Source: Thalia democratica
Lineage: Eukaryota
Assembly: GCA_965202585.1 (NCBI GenBank)
Contig: OZ241830.1
Span: forward strand, 33,046,001-33,110,000
Length of the DNA: 64,000 nucleotides
Direction: 5' to 3'
Shown here: positions 30,201 to 45,200 of the stretch, in pieces
Layout: each line of letters begins with the position of its first letter
Position numbering within the stretch: the first letter of the stretch is position 1
Notes under the pieces: model-generated
What the model was told of the DNA's origin: nothing
The model's database searches: none
The model's input: only the letters and a program-made list of their open reading frames with translations
Made by a program: the position numbers and the translations under genes

Positions 30201-33200
30201 AGCCAACCTTAACCAAAAACATTAAAAATAAACCAGATAGTAAAGTTTTAATGATTCAAATCCATAAAATCATGAAAAAAATCTTTTTTGCAGACTCAGA
30301 AAATATGATTAGCTACACTTTGCTAATGATTTGCACAACTCTCAAGCTACCCAGCATAACACTCTTATTATAAAAAGACAAGTAATGGCTTTATTTAACT
30401 TTAAGGGTATTAAGTTCAAGCTTGTGGTCTTCTAATACTTAAGTAAAAAACTAACTCTAACAAAAAAACTAAAGTTGACATATTTAATCTAAAATATGTA
30501 ACTCTTAAAACGTCACAACTAAATCAGTTTATTTACTAATAAAACATTTCAGGTGTGTTGAGGTTCAAACCAGGCGAATCTACTAGCTTCATCAACGTCA
30601 CTCTCGTCAACGACCCAAGCGGTAAAACGAGGTACTTCACATTGACGCTCGATGACGTCAGAGGCAGGGATGACGTAGGAAAGCTGACGTCGTGCAAGGT
30701 CGTCGTCGCAAACAAAGCATGTAAGTTTCAGTACTTATTTTTATTTATAACTATGTTTACGAAAATTTCTCAAGTTTTTAAATCAATAATTTGAAAAAAA
30801 AAAACTTTATCCGGCTAATGAAATATATGTTTTTAGAAAATTTAAAATCTTAAGTAATAGCTTTTAAAAAAACTTTCTTAGTAGAAATAAATGCTAAAAA
30901 TTGTTAAAGTGCTGCAATACTGAGATTATTTTTTCAAATAGAATAGTATACACGATTAGTTATTAAATAAAATATTGTTTACAGTGCTTCCGGGACCGTT
31001 GCAGAAATTCACAGCAGATTTGCGTGGAACTTCCGACATCGAAGTTAACTGGACAGAGCCAGCTAGTGGTGGGCCCACTGACGGGTACAAGGTAATGTAC
31101 TGGGTGAAACCTGAAGATGTCAGCTCAATTTCGGTTGATAAAGACGTATGTTTGCTTTGTATTGAATTGCTTGATTAGTGTTAAATATTATATTAGAAGT
31201 TTAAAAGTTTTTCAATAGATAAGTTGTTGATAAACTTTTGTACTTTTAATCAAATGATAATCTAAAAACAAGAGTTTTGGTTTATATAACACTTATCTTT
31301 TAATATGTATTTTAGATCAATCAAGCAACGATCGAGGGTCTTGAGCCGCTCACAACTTACAAAGTACAAGTGCAACCTTATAACAACGTTGGTGAAGGTC
31401 CTGCTTCTAAAGTTATCGAAATTGAAACACCTGCTAGTATGTCGGACTTTATGTTATTTTTATTTTATGTTTTAGATGCATTCATCAAGTTTTATTTACC
31501 TCTGAAATTAATATAACTTAAACTTATGTAATAAAATATTTTTCATTAAAATATTATAAGCAAGTTTAGGATATTAAAATAAATTTTCACTTTGAATGTT
31601 ATTTATTTTTTCTTGTTAAGTTAAAAACTCTTAACAAAACTTTTTTTTTCTTTTCAGTTCCCGGTGAAATTTCATTTGAAACCACTGATGTCAATATCAA
31701 TCAGAGTGAGAAGCAACTGGTTCTCAAATTGGTTCGTAAGAATGGTTCTAATGGTAGAGTTGTTGCACCATGGTCCATTTCTCCAGATGAGTCGAATTCG
31801 CCTTACAAAGTATGCACTGTTCACGTGATTTTGTCTACTTTTGATTTTTACAACTTATTGAGCCCTTACTATGTACTTCTTTTACTTGAAACGTGAATAT
31901 TGTAGTTACCAGTTTTACTTATACATTTACAATACTACATGAGAAGTGTATTTTAATTTTTTTTTGTCTTCTGTAACGTTACTAAAAAAAAATTCTTGTA
32001 CACAGGACCTTTACGGCCACGAAACATTCCACGACGGGGAGCTAGAGAGCCACATAGAAATAGACTTGCCCTCATTGCCACAAGAAGGAACTCAAGCTAG
32101 TTTTACGTTAGTTTAAGTATACTTCTAAACAGGACTAAATTTTTTAAGTTATAAAGTATATCTAGGTATATAGGTTGAAGATAAATAAGTATATCATTTG
32201 TTTTTTTGTATAGTAAATGCTGGACTACTACACTTATAAGTAGTAAACAATATTAAAAAATAGTATTTAGTGTATTAGTTTTAAAACTTTAAAAATTTGT
32301 AGTGTGCATTTGGGCAAACCATCCGGAGGTTCGACACTAGGAAGCGCTAACGAGTGCTATGTAAATATTTCCAACGATATACTGCAGGGCAAGATCAAGT
32401 TCGAAAAATCTTCAGTAGTCGTCGAACAAACACAGGCTGTAGCAAAACTCACACTCAAGCGAAGCCTTTACATTTCTGGTTAGTTCGCTGGTAAATTTTT
32501 TATTTGATTAAAACACCTAAAACTAAAGTCATCGTATACTTTGAGGTTGCAATCACACTCTTAAGATTATTAATCCAATTTCAAACTTTAACTTAGAGTG
32601 TATAAAAGTTTATACATAGATATACCAAAATCCTACTAAATTATTATATTTAAGCAAAAAAACCTATTAAATGCAGACAAAGTGAAGGTGGCTTGGACGA
32701 CTGTGTGTAAAGACCAGAACTCGCCGTTTGCCAACCTCAGCGGAGTTGAGACCTTCGAGAAGGGAGAAGAGGAATCTAACATCGAGATCAAGGTTCCTCA
32801 GGATCCACGTGACGTCACGAAAGACAAGTTTGACGTCATACTGGGTGATCCGAAACCTTCCACTTCGATAGTGGACAAGAACAACAAGTGCAGCGTGACG
32901 GTGGAGAATGACGTCATACCGGCGGTGGTTTCCCTCGATGAAGAACAGATTGAGGTGACGCAGAGCGACAAGACGGTGGAGATCAGCGTGGTAAGAAGCG
33001 TGCAGAAGAAGGGAAAGATCGTGGTTCCGTGGAAGATTTTACCGGAGAGCCCCGACTCCGTGTACCTCAACATATCAGGTTTGACGTCAGGGTTTTTGTT
33101 TGTAAATCTAATATCATTTTTCTTAATTGCCTCTAAACCTATGTGTTTAGCTAAAGTTACATCAGTTTTTCTGTACAATGATAGGTTTTGATTATCAAAA

Positions 33201-36200
33201 AATCTATATGATTATATGATAATAACCGAAAAAAAAAAGGTTTAATTTTACTCCATCCTATATGAAACTAACCACGACTACAGGTGAAGCGGTGCTTGAA
33301 AGCGGTGAGGATAGCGGAATAATCAAAATAAAACTTCCGCAATTCCCACTTTCAAACGAGGAGGAAACAGTATCGGTTGTAATTGATGAGCCAAGCGGTG
33401 TTCCAGCAAAACTCGGATCACAAAGAAGCTGCATAATGACCGTCAAACACGACAGAGGTATTATTAAGTAACAACAGTATTTAAATATTGAAAAATTATA
33501 GTGTATATTCCATCAACAAAAGTATAAAGGTTAAGGTTAAACAAGCTAATGTATGCTAATGTATATGGTAGTTCATCTAAAACAAATCAATAAAAACAGT
33601 AATTTTTAGCTAATAAAGAAAGACTAAAACAAATTAAGATTTAGGTGTTCGCTATTTATCACTATAAAACATTTCAAACAGGTGAGGGAACGATCGAGAT
33701 GTTATCGGAGCAAGTGACGTCATCATCCGAAGACGGGGAAGTTTTCGTTCCAGTGGTGAGAAAGATGGGAAGCAGTTTTCCCGCCAAAATCACCTGGTCA
33801 TGCGTGGATGGCGACGCTGTCTTCGGTGATCACTACAACCTGAACGAAGGTAACTGTAAAAATTCAATCTATGTTTTTTCTGTATTTAAAAATGTGTTAA
33901 CTACTTTATTTAAAGTAAAAGTGAACAATCATATTAAATATGTAACAAACTTAGGTGAAACAAGTTAGAAACTTCGCTTTTTTGTATTAACAATTTATTT
34001 TTTCTTTAACTTTTCAATATAAGTTACTTTTTGCTTTATTTGCTTAAAATTTCAGTTGACTTAAACTCTTAGTAATTATGTTTTACAAATATGCATTGTA
34101 TATTCATATACTAAAATCACGTCAAATAATCCAGGCGTACTGAAGTTTAAGCCTGGCGAGTCGCAAGCAGTGATAAAGATCCCTCTGTTGAACGACCCCA
34201 GCGGCAAAAAGCGCCATTTTGTTGTGAATTTGGACGAAGTTGAGGGCAGAGACAATGTTGGAGACAGAACATCGAGCAAAGTTGTCGTTGCTAACAAAGC
34301 TAGTTAGTCGAGTGAAAAAATAATCTTTTGTATTATTTTATGAGTGCTAAAAAGTGATTAAGTGTTTTTGTACACTGTTCTAAACATTCTCTTCAATTAT
34401 TTCGCTTTCTTAAATGAGTAACTGTTACAATTCGTAGACAAATAGACTTTTAATTTTTAAGCATTATGTAACAAAGGAAAATAAATTGCTTATATTGAGT
34501 TTGCAAAACACTTGTAACTTTTTCCGAGGTAGTTTTTTACGATATCAATAGCAGATAATGTCCACAACTAATATGGTTTTTAGAACCTTCAAAAAAATTT
34601 AAGCCTAACTATTTCCCAAGACTAGTTGATTTCTTCCCAACAGTGTTACCGGGTGCAGTTGTTGATTTTGAGGCTGACTTGAGGGGACCTTCCTCAATTA
34701 TGATGAAATGGGGAATACCCGAAAACGGGGGTCCGATCCACGGGTATACCATCACTTATTGGGACAAACCTGAAAGTACCATAGAAGTCAACGTCGGAGA
34801 GGATGTTAGTGATAAAATAAATTAAATTATAATTAAGTCTAGTTGTTATATCAAAGAATTATTAAAATACTTTACATTCAAACACAAAAAGATTATGTTT
34901 GATAGGCTAATAATTACAAACTATTCAATCTAAAAGTTTTTTTTTAAGCTGGTAAAAAACTTGATTAATTAAATGTCTAACACTAACATTTTGGTTATTT
35001 TTAAAGTATATTTTTTACAGATCAACCAAGCATTGATAGAAGAATTGGAGCCACTGACAACTTACAAGATAAAACTTCAATCTTACAACGATGTAGGAGA
35101 CGGTCCATCTTCTAAGATCATCTTGATTGAAACGCCGCCAGGTTTTATATCTTGTTTTGACTTAGCTGCTGACACAATTACTTATGCTAATATAACAATA
35201 AAGTATAGCAAATACAAACTCCCATGAAATGTTATCTGTTGACAAAAAGGTTTTGGAAAAAACAAAAATATATTGCACTTAGTTTGCTGTCACATTTAAA
35301 CTTTAAGTTTTTTGTAGTGTGATAAATGATAGATAAAATGTTTAAACATACTGCTTTCACTTTAAATTAAACTCATCAGTACCGGGAGAAGTGGACTTCG
35401 ATGAGGCGATCGCGTCAGTGAAGCAGTCTGACAGGAAACTGGTACTTGAGCTGGTGAGGAGAAACGGATCCAACGGGAGAGTTGTTGTTCCGTGGCACGT
35501 GGAGACTGAGTTTGTTGATCTACCCTACGCTGTTAGTTGGAAGAAAAACTATACTCAAATTAATTATTAAAAATTTAATGGTTTGTCTGCATCTTCTTAA
35601 ACTTTATGTAAAAGTACTTATAACTTAATTTACAAGTTTTGTACTTGTTTCGCAATATTTGATTCTTCATATGGTTAAATATGTTTTTCTTTTAGGAGCT
35701 AAGTGGACATGAAACGTTTAAGGACGGAGAACAAGTTAGCCACATTGAAATTGACTTGCCGGAAACTCCTCAAGAAAGCACAAGAGATGTTTTCAAGTTT
35801 GTATTTTTATTATTGTTGTATACTTATTATTTCTAATAGTCTTATCATTTATATAATTTTAATATAAATGTAAACCCAAATCAAAGTTAATTGCCGACGG
35901 TTTGGTGTTTTTAAATCAAAATTTTAGATATCTATATGCGTCATAATAAGCGGTATACATATTAACTTTTATATTGAAACTTAATTGATCTCTCCCAAAA
36001 GTTAAATCTTATTAGTTTTAATTATCAATTTTTTAGTATCAAACTGGGTCAACCTTCTGGTGGAGCAAGTTTGGGTGAAAATGTTGAATGTCGAATTACA
36101 GTTACCAACGATGTTTTGCCGGGAAAAATTGATTTCGCTTCACCGGCAATATCTGCTAAACAAACTGATGAAGAAATTGTTGTGAAAATAATAAGAAGCC

Positions 36201-39200
36201 AATACACTGAAGGTTAAATTAATTCTAACTATTAAGAAAATAGCTAGATAAAGTACTTATAGTTCTATAACATTTAAAATAGGTTTAAACCTCCATAAAA
36301 ATTAATGTTTAAAATTGTTCAAACAGATAAAGTAAAAGTCGAATGGAAGACAGTTTGCAACGATCCAAACTCTCCATTTGCAAACATATCCGGAGTGGAG
36401 ACATTCGAAGAAGACGAAGAAAAGTCCCACATCGAAATAAAAATTCCCCAGGAAGCCAGAAACGTCACAAAAGACAATTTCGACATCGTGCTTAGTGATC
36501 CGAAACCTTCCACTTCTGTTGTCGACAAGAACAACAAGTGCAGTATAACTGTCGACAATGACGTCATAGAAGCTGTTATCTCGTTGGCTGAGGACAGCAT
36601 CAAGGCGAACCAGACGGACAAGAAGGTGGACTTGTTGCTGAAGAGGAAGAAGGAGCACAAGGGAAGGATCACTGTTCCGTGGAAGGCCATCCCGCAGAGC
36701 TCTGATTCCGTCTACGCCAATTTGTCAGGTTTGTAACTAAAAATAAAACTGTACAGTTTATTAAGTATCTTTTATAAATAGTGTGGAAAAACTTCTATAA
36801 AAAAAAGTAAACAAGCACATAAGTTTATTTTTACTTCTTTGAAATTACTGTAATCTATTCATTTTTAAAATTTTTGCTTTTGAAAACATAAACTTCATAA
36901 GTTTTTAAAGCAATTTTTTTATTGCTAAAGTACAAGTTCAATAGATTATTTTATTTTTTGCTACTACAGATAACAGCAACAAAAACACTAAAAATGTTTG
37001 TCTTTTATAGGTGAAGCAGTATTGAGAGACGGGGAGGAAAAAACGGTTATCGAGATGCCGTTACCAGAGGTACCTCTATCTAACGACGAGGAAATTATCC
37101 AGATAGTCCTCGATGATCCCTCCGGCGCTCCTGCTAAGTTGAGCGAAGACAGAAGCTGCTCCGTTCAAATCAGACACGATAAAGGTCTAGTATGATTATA
37201 AGAGTTAACAATAATAAAATTACTTTCTTATATGTTAGTGTTGAAAAATATTTTCAATAAGAACTATACATAGTTAGTTCATTACTTTATTATTGCTAAG
37301 TAGTAATGATAAATTAAGTCAGTCTTATATTTTTAATCACATTTTTCAAACTAAAAGCACTTAAAGTTGAATACAGTTTTAGAAGTTCATTAATTTTTTT
37401 ATACGATATGAAGTAAATATTAAAGCTAACCAAACATTATTATTCCAAATCACAAAAAATCTTTACACTAGTTCAATTTTTTTTAACCAATGAATTTTAC
37501 CACGACTTTATTTATTTAACAACATATAATTTTTTAACCAGGCGAGGGAGTTGTAGAGCTGCTGTCCAATCAGGTCACGTGTACAGCTGAGGATGGGGAA
37601 GTCCCTATTACGGTAGTGAGAAAGACAGGAAGCTCCTTCCCCGCCGAAGTCAACTGGTCGTGCAAGGATGGCGACGCTGAGTTCGGTAAACACTACAGTC
37701 TTAATGAAGGTTGGTGAAAATAGCTTGGTTCGAATGTATATTTCAGTTAAACAAACTCACTGTATTGTGCTTGGTAAAATGATTATTTTAAAATTATCTT
37801 GTAACCACAAAGCGTTACAAATTTAAGTAAAGTAATCGTAATTAACAAAATATAAAATATAAAGTTTTGTAACTGTGATCATAAAACAATTTAAATCTGT
37901 AAGTTAGGTAAGACTAACTTCTAATAAATATAAATTTATAAGTAGCTTTCTAACCTTTTTGATTATGTATAACATTTTTAATGAATAAAACACATTTTCA
38001 ACCAGGAGTTATCAAGTTCAAGTCAGGAGAATCTCACCAGGTGATCAGCATCCCGTTACTGAACGATCCTACAGGTATCACCAGGTCTTTCACACTGCAA
38101 TTGGATGATGTGGAGGGAAGAGACAAGATGGGACAAGTGAAGAGCTGCAAAGTTAAAGTGGCTAATCGCGCATGTTAGTATATATATATGGTTGTGAACT
38201 TTTCTCTAAACTAAAACATTAATAAAATCAAATATAAGGAGAGTATTTATAGTAAACTGATATACCTAAAGTGTTTTTTTTATTTTGTTTGTACTTTTCT
38301 CGTAAGCAATAACAAAACAAATGTTTTATTAGTGCTTATGCAAAAACACGAACATTAACAACGATTTATAAACTTCCATTACTATCAACAATTTAGTACT
38401 ACCCGGAAAACTGGAAAAGTTCGAGTCTGAACTGAGAGGACCTTCTACTATCAAGATCGAGTGGATGGCTTCCTCTAATGGCGGTCCCGTGCATGGTTAC
38501 AAGATCATGTACTGGGACTCCCCCGAATCGTTGATGACCATTCCCGTTGATAAAGATGTTAGTGTGAATGTTGATTTTGTAAATGATCAGTTTTGTATTA
38601 TTAAATATTTTAATAAGCTTTGTGTATTTAAATTTACGTTAAAGAGACAATCTTTTTTTTTGCAAAATAGGTCGGGCTAGCACTTGAATTTTTAGCAGTT
38701 TAATTTCCTGAATAGGATTTTTCCCTTTATTGTTCTGCTAAAATGAAATAATTTTGAGAAAGAATTAACTTATTTCTTTTAGCAATACATAGATCTTTGG
38801 AAGTTGAACTAAATTTTATAAAAAGTTTAATGCAAATATGTTGTACTAAACACTAACTTAAAACCGATCAAAAAATGTTGTATAATAATTATCGCAACGA
38901 TAATGTATCCTTATGCTAAAGGTGAACCAAGCCATCATTGAAGAATTGGACCCACTTGTGGTTTACAAAATAAAGATAGTTCCGTTCAATGATGTCGGTG
39001 ACGGTCCTGCTTCTAAAGTTTTGGAAGTTGAAACACCTGCCAGTAAGTTAAAATATTTATTACTACAAACTAGTTAAAGTTTACCACTCATATAAAAATT
39101 AAAATACGATCTGTTTTGTTTTAAATTTTTTTCTTAAGTATCATTAGATGTCGTTTTGAGTAATTAAAAATAATATTGTAACAGTTTAGAAAAATCAAAA

Positions 39201-42200
39201 GTCCTTGAATAAAAGCATATTTAACTTATTTCAATTTCTAGTACCCGGAAAAGTATCATTTGAGGAAGACAGCGCCACAGCTGTTCAAAGTGACAAGAAA
39301 CTGGTACTGAAGATTGTCAGATTGGAAGGATCGAACGGAAGAGTTGTTGTTCCTTGGTCGGCCGTATGCGATGACGAAGAATCTCCTTATAATGTATGTA
39401 TGAACTGGTATATTTTCATATAAAAAAAAGTTGTTTTAAGTTGAAATTGTAAAGAGATTAGAGATGTGAAAAAATGGCAAAATTAAAACACCTTAAAAAA
39501 TTTTTATTTTAAAGTTAGTTTTAGCGTTTATTCTTATAAAAACTTTAATATTATGAAGTGACTGTTTTATTTATTTTTTAACAAAATTCATCAGAATCTG
39601 AACGGACATGAAGTATTCAAAGATGGAGAAATTGACAGTCACATTGAAATTGAAATGCCAGATGTTCCTCAAAACACTTCAAAAGAATCATTCATGTTTG
39701 TTTCTTTTTACATTCCAAAAATCTTACTGATTGTTTTAAAATTTGATAGCGTTTTATATTTCTAATAATTAAAATTCGAGTTGAAAAACTAAAAATTAAT
39801 TTAAATTAAAACTTTTTTTTTAATATTTTAAACTACCGGACTTGTATTTTGTCGAAGTATTCATTTTAATTACCTTCTAAATGTTAAACAACATTGTTTC
39901 ATACTGTAATCTAGTAACTTTAAAGACAATTTACAACTAAAGTTTTTTTTTTCCAAACATTCAACATAGTGTCAATCACATACTCCTATCAGGATCACGC
40001 TCGGACAGCCCTCAGGAGGATCAACTTTGGGAGAAGTTGCCGAATGCAGAGTTTTCGTTACGCATGATGTACTTGCAGGTAAAATCGAGTTTGTCAAGAA
40101 CAATGTTGAGTCTCATCAGACCGCCAAGAAGATCAAAATACCCATCAAGAGGACTCAATTTACTAAAGGTTTTTAATTATGCCCATTACTTGTGAATTAA
40201 TGTTTTTTAAGCTAGTTAACAAAAAAATTGTAAAACATAAATTTCAATTAACTTTTTATATTGTTTTCAAATCAATAAACCTTGGAAAATATAAAAATAT
40301 TTTTTTATGACAATCATAAATGTTCACAATAGACAAGGTGAAAGTTGAATGGAAGTCGGAATGTAGAGAAGAAAACTCACCGTTCAGCAACCTTGGCGGA
40401 GTGGAAACTTTCGAGGAGGGTGAGGAGAAATCCACCATCGAGATTGCCATACCGCAAGATCCGCGCGGTATCGTCAGGGACACATTCTCCTTGATCTTGC
40501 TCAACCCAACCACATCCACTGCGGTCGTCGGCACCAACCACTCATGCAACGTCACAATCAATAATGACGTCATACCGGCAATGGTTTCCCTCGACTGCGA
40601 CGACGAGCTCGCGGTTGTACAGAGCGACAGCGTTGCCAGGGTGACGGTCGTTAGGGAGGAGCAGATGAAGGGAAGGGTGGTTGTTCCGTGGAAAGTTCTT
40701 CCGCGAAGCTTCGATTCCGTCTACGTCAATATTTCAGGTCGGTTATAGTTTTTGTTAAATTTTTTTTTTATTGTGCAATTATCTTCAGAGAATAAATAAA
40801 AAAAAATTTAACGGATAACTTTTGGTTAACATTATAAACATGGCGTATTCATGAATAAACTTATGATTTTATAATCAGGCGAAGTTGTGTTCAATAATGA
40901 CGAGAAGAAATCGGTCATCGAAGTTCCATTGCCACAGTTCCCGCTTTCAAACGAAGTTGAAACAGTCAGTTTGGTATTGGATGAACCGACAGGAGAAACT
41001 CCCGCCGAACTGGGCAATATGAGAAGCACCCTCTTGAATGTCAAACACGATAAGGGTGATTTAAAAGTTATAAACAACTTAAAAGTTCTAGTTTTGTACT
41101 ATATTGTAAGTAACAAGTGTCGATTTTAACAATTTTGAATAAAATCTTGCATAACATTCACCTTAACTACTTTAAACTAAACTTCTGAACAACTAGTTTT
41201 AAAATCTAAAACAAAATTAAAAAGCGTTCCCAATAAAGTTATTAAACTAAACTTTTTAACCACGATTAAGTTGGAGTTTTAAATTGAAATACAAAAACAT
41301 TTATGTCAATGTTAACAATGACTTATGAAAAAATGTTATAAATAAAAGCCTAAGAAGTATTTAAACGGCTTAAAACTCCCTTGAAAGACAGCAAATATTG
41401 CATTTTAGAAATAAGCAATGAATTAATTTTTCCCAACCAGGAGAGGGAGTAGTGGAGCTGCTGAGGGATCAGGTGACATGCGCAGGAGAAGACGGTGACG
41501 TAGAAGTTGTTGTTAGTAGGAAGCAGGGAAGAGCGTTCCCAGCTGAAATCACGTGGTACGCTCAAGACGGCAACGCTTTGTATGGAAAACATTACACTAC
41601 TAATCAAGGTAAAATAAGTGTTTATATATAACTTGTATATTTGATGTTTTGCGCTATACATCTTAAAGTATTATCCTTTTACTCTTTAAAATTAAAACTC
41701 TACTGATGTTTAAAAAATTTCCGATAAAATTATTATTTATTGAAAGTGTTTAACATTACCATACATTTTCATCATAAAAACTCGCTTTGAATAGGTAATT
41801 CAATCAAACAAACCTGACTAACTAAAAAACTTCCGAACGCAGGTACTGTAACAATGAAGGCGGGTGAATCGCAGGTTGCAATCAAAGTGGGACTTAAGAA
41901 CGATCCGACAGGAGTGACCAGGAACTTCACTGTACAGCTAAAGAGCGTGGAAGGGAGAGACAAGATGGGAAGCAAGAAATTGTGCAAAGTTAAAGTTGCC
42001 AACAGAGCTCGTGAGTGTATTTCAGTTTTAAAATTACCAAACGTTGCAGGAAAAAGTGCTTTAAATCTGTTATGAAAAATTATTTATAAAAAAGTTTTAA
42101 AAATAATTAATAAACATTCTCACTTCAGTACTACCTGGACCTGTTGATAGTTTCAAAGCAGAACTTTCTAGTGTGAATTCAGTATTAGTGGGATGGAAGG

Positions 42201-45200
42201 CACCAACTAAGGGAGGTCCAATCGACGGGTACAAGATCATTTATTACGCTGATTCCAAAGATCCAATCGTCAACGAAGTTCCGAAAGACGTTTGTTATGT
42301 TTATTATTTTTTATCTGTAATTTGACTGTTTATTAACAATGTTGTTAACACATTCGAAACAACTTTTTATACTTTTGTTGCATATGTTCACATTTTAAAG
42401 TTCTACAACAAGTAATATAAAAGTATATATTTTTAAACTTAAATCTATTTTTTATCATGACAATTATTTTAGGATGTTACTGGGCTTTTTTACTTCCTAT
42501 TATAAATATGCTAAGAATTTTTTGTACTTGGTCAACTTTTTATTTGTAAACGTATTACCAATATTCTTATATTGTTGTCATTCTCTTGTACAGGTAAACG
42601 GAGCGGAGATCACGGATCTTGAACCTTTAGTGAGCTACCACGTGATGGTGCAAGCTTATAACGATGTAGGGGACGGCCCATCTGTGAAACCCGTTGTACT
42701 TGAAACACCAGCAGGTCGGTTATGTACAAAGTGTTTTCAATATTGTTATTAAAGAGATTACATTTAAAACGTTAACATTAAAAACTTGATTTTAACTTTT
42801 CTAAAAGGATTTCTTATTTTATTATACTTGAAAAGGTTGTTATTTTCTTACCACCAAAATCTGGTAGAAATTAAAATATTTAATTCATAGATTATTATTT
42901 AAAACGATTTACAAAAATAAATTTTTTTACAGACATATTTGTTTGTCTAGCTAGTACATATCTTTAACTTTATTAGCTTTAGCAATATAGTAGTCAGCTT
43001 TAGTGCTACATAAATTAAAGGTAAAAGTATACTGTACTTTAATGAAAACGTTGTACTTTCATTTAAATATTAACTTTGTCAATACAGTACCGGGAGTAGT
43101 GCATGTAACCAAGAAGGAGATCTTCATAAACCAGACTAAGAAGAAGTTTGTGTTAAAACTTAGGAGAAAGGACGGTAGCAATGGAAGGATAGTGGTGCCT
43201 TGGAGTGTCAAGTCTGAAAATGAGAATTCTCCTTACCAAGTACGTTGTTGTTTTTTAAAGCAGTTAACATTTTATAATTATATAATCATTATTAATTCTA
43301 AATAAAAATTTTATAATAAGTATAGTATTAAGTAAGGTATTTTTTAGACATAACCAACAAGTTTTTACAATAAACGTATAACAATTTTAATATATATTTC
43401 TTTAAACTCATTATTTACTTTATTCAAAGGACTTGCGCGGACACGAGCACTTTAAGGATGGAGAAATGGAAAGTCACATTGAGTTTGGACTACCTAAACT
43501 ACCACAAAGCACAAAACAAGACGAGTTTATGTAAGTTTGAACTTCACAAAAGAACTTAAAAATAAATTTAGTCTTTAATTCAAATAACTTATAATAATTC
43601 TAAAACATAATGTATAGAAATAACTTTTTAACTTTTATACAGTATTTTTTTTATTACTTATTGTAATATAAACTGCAGTAATACTTTACCGAAAAAGTTA
43701 TACTAAGTTTTTTTTTAATTTTTAAGACCACGAAATCTTTTTTGAAGAAACGTAAAATTTTGAACAATAAAGATCAAAAAATTACATCATAATAAGTGCA
43801 AACGCAATTAAACTTTCATCTTTCTTAATTAATTATGTGAAAAAATTTAAATTTTTGAAGTATTTACTTTCAAAATTTAAATAATTTCATTTACTTTCAA
43901 AACAGCATCACACTGGGCGAACCATCAGGGGGCGCGAGTTTGGGTGAGGAAGTGGAATGCAAGGTTACTGTTAGCAACGACATTCTCGCGGGCAAAATCG
44001 ATTTCGATAGAAACCAGTTGAATGTCTACCAATCATCCAAGAACATCAACATCAAGCTGAAGAGAACCCAGTTTACTAAAGGTATTTAATATAAAAAACT
44101 CTTTAACTACTATTTGAATTACATTTAAAATACAACTGCTTTTGTTACAACTTTATCGCTTGTTTTATACATTTAATATATAAAATGAAGATTAACAGAA
44201 ATAAGATTAGTTTAATGTAAATATTTTAGTATTATCAACTAAATAAAATAAATTTTTAAATCATAAAAAATAATTAAGATTTCACACTAAAAACTCTGTA
44301 CGTATTACGCTGTATAAACATTGATAACAAAAATTGGTCAACAAGTCTTCAAATTTAAAAGAATATTAGTAAACACAAAACTTTTTATCACTTAACAGAC
44401 AAGGTGAAGGTGGGATGGAAGACAGTGACGTCGGACGAGACATCCCCGTTCAACAACTTGAAAGGAGTGGAGACGTTCGAAGAAGGAGACAAGACGTCTA
44501 CAATCGAGATACCAATCAGCCAGGAACCTCGTGATGTCAACAAGGACAAGTTCCAAGTTGTTCTCGATCAACCGCAACCTCATACATCCGTCGTTGATGA
44601 GAATAACCAGATACAGGTTTGATAATTAATCAGTCATATTGAATAATAAGATCCATAACTATAAAAAGTATGAACGAAAATAAATGCAGATTAGGTTTTC
44701 GCTTTAAGAACTTTTGTAATTTTCACAAATTCACTTTTTAAATTACAAAAGCATACGTTAGTGGAAAAAAGGTTTAATAAACAACACAATAGAGGTAATT
44801 TTAAACCGTGCAGAAGATTACATAAAGTAACTATAATACAAAATACTGAACATGAAACAAGTAAATTTAAAAGGTAATTGTTGACAACGACGTGATACCT
44901 GCGGTGGTCGCGATGAAGAAGAGCGAAGTGGAGGTCCAACAAGGAGAAGGAAGACTGAAGCTGGAGGTAAAGAGAAGCAAGCAGAAGAAGGGAGATGTAA
45001 CGGTGCCGTGGAAAGTGGTGCCCAAGAGCAACGATTCCGTTTACATGAACATTTCAGGTTAGTAAGAATGTTTGTATATGATTAGCAAAACTAAGTTAAG
45101 TTCGATCAAACATTGTAAGTTCTTTAAAAGTGTTAATTACCTTTAAAGAATACTTTTCTTTGGTTATATATTTTTTTTATATTACACGTACATGTATTTA

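Noticed and set aside
4985-36212. Regularly spaced near-identical blocks as a CRISPR-like or dispersed repeat family
   Set aside because: They are coding exons of the super-repeat in a eukaryotic intron context.
38690-38743. 9-bp inverted repeat TTTTAGCAG/CTGCTAAAA in an intron
   Set aside because: Short, AT-rich and without a TSD, so compatible with chance.
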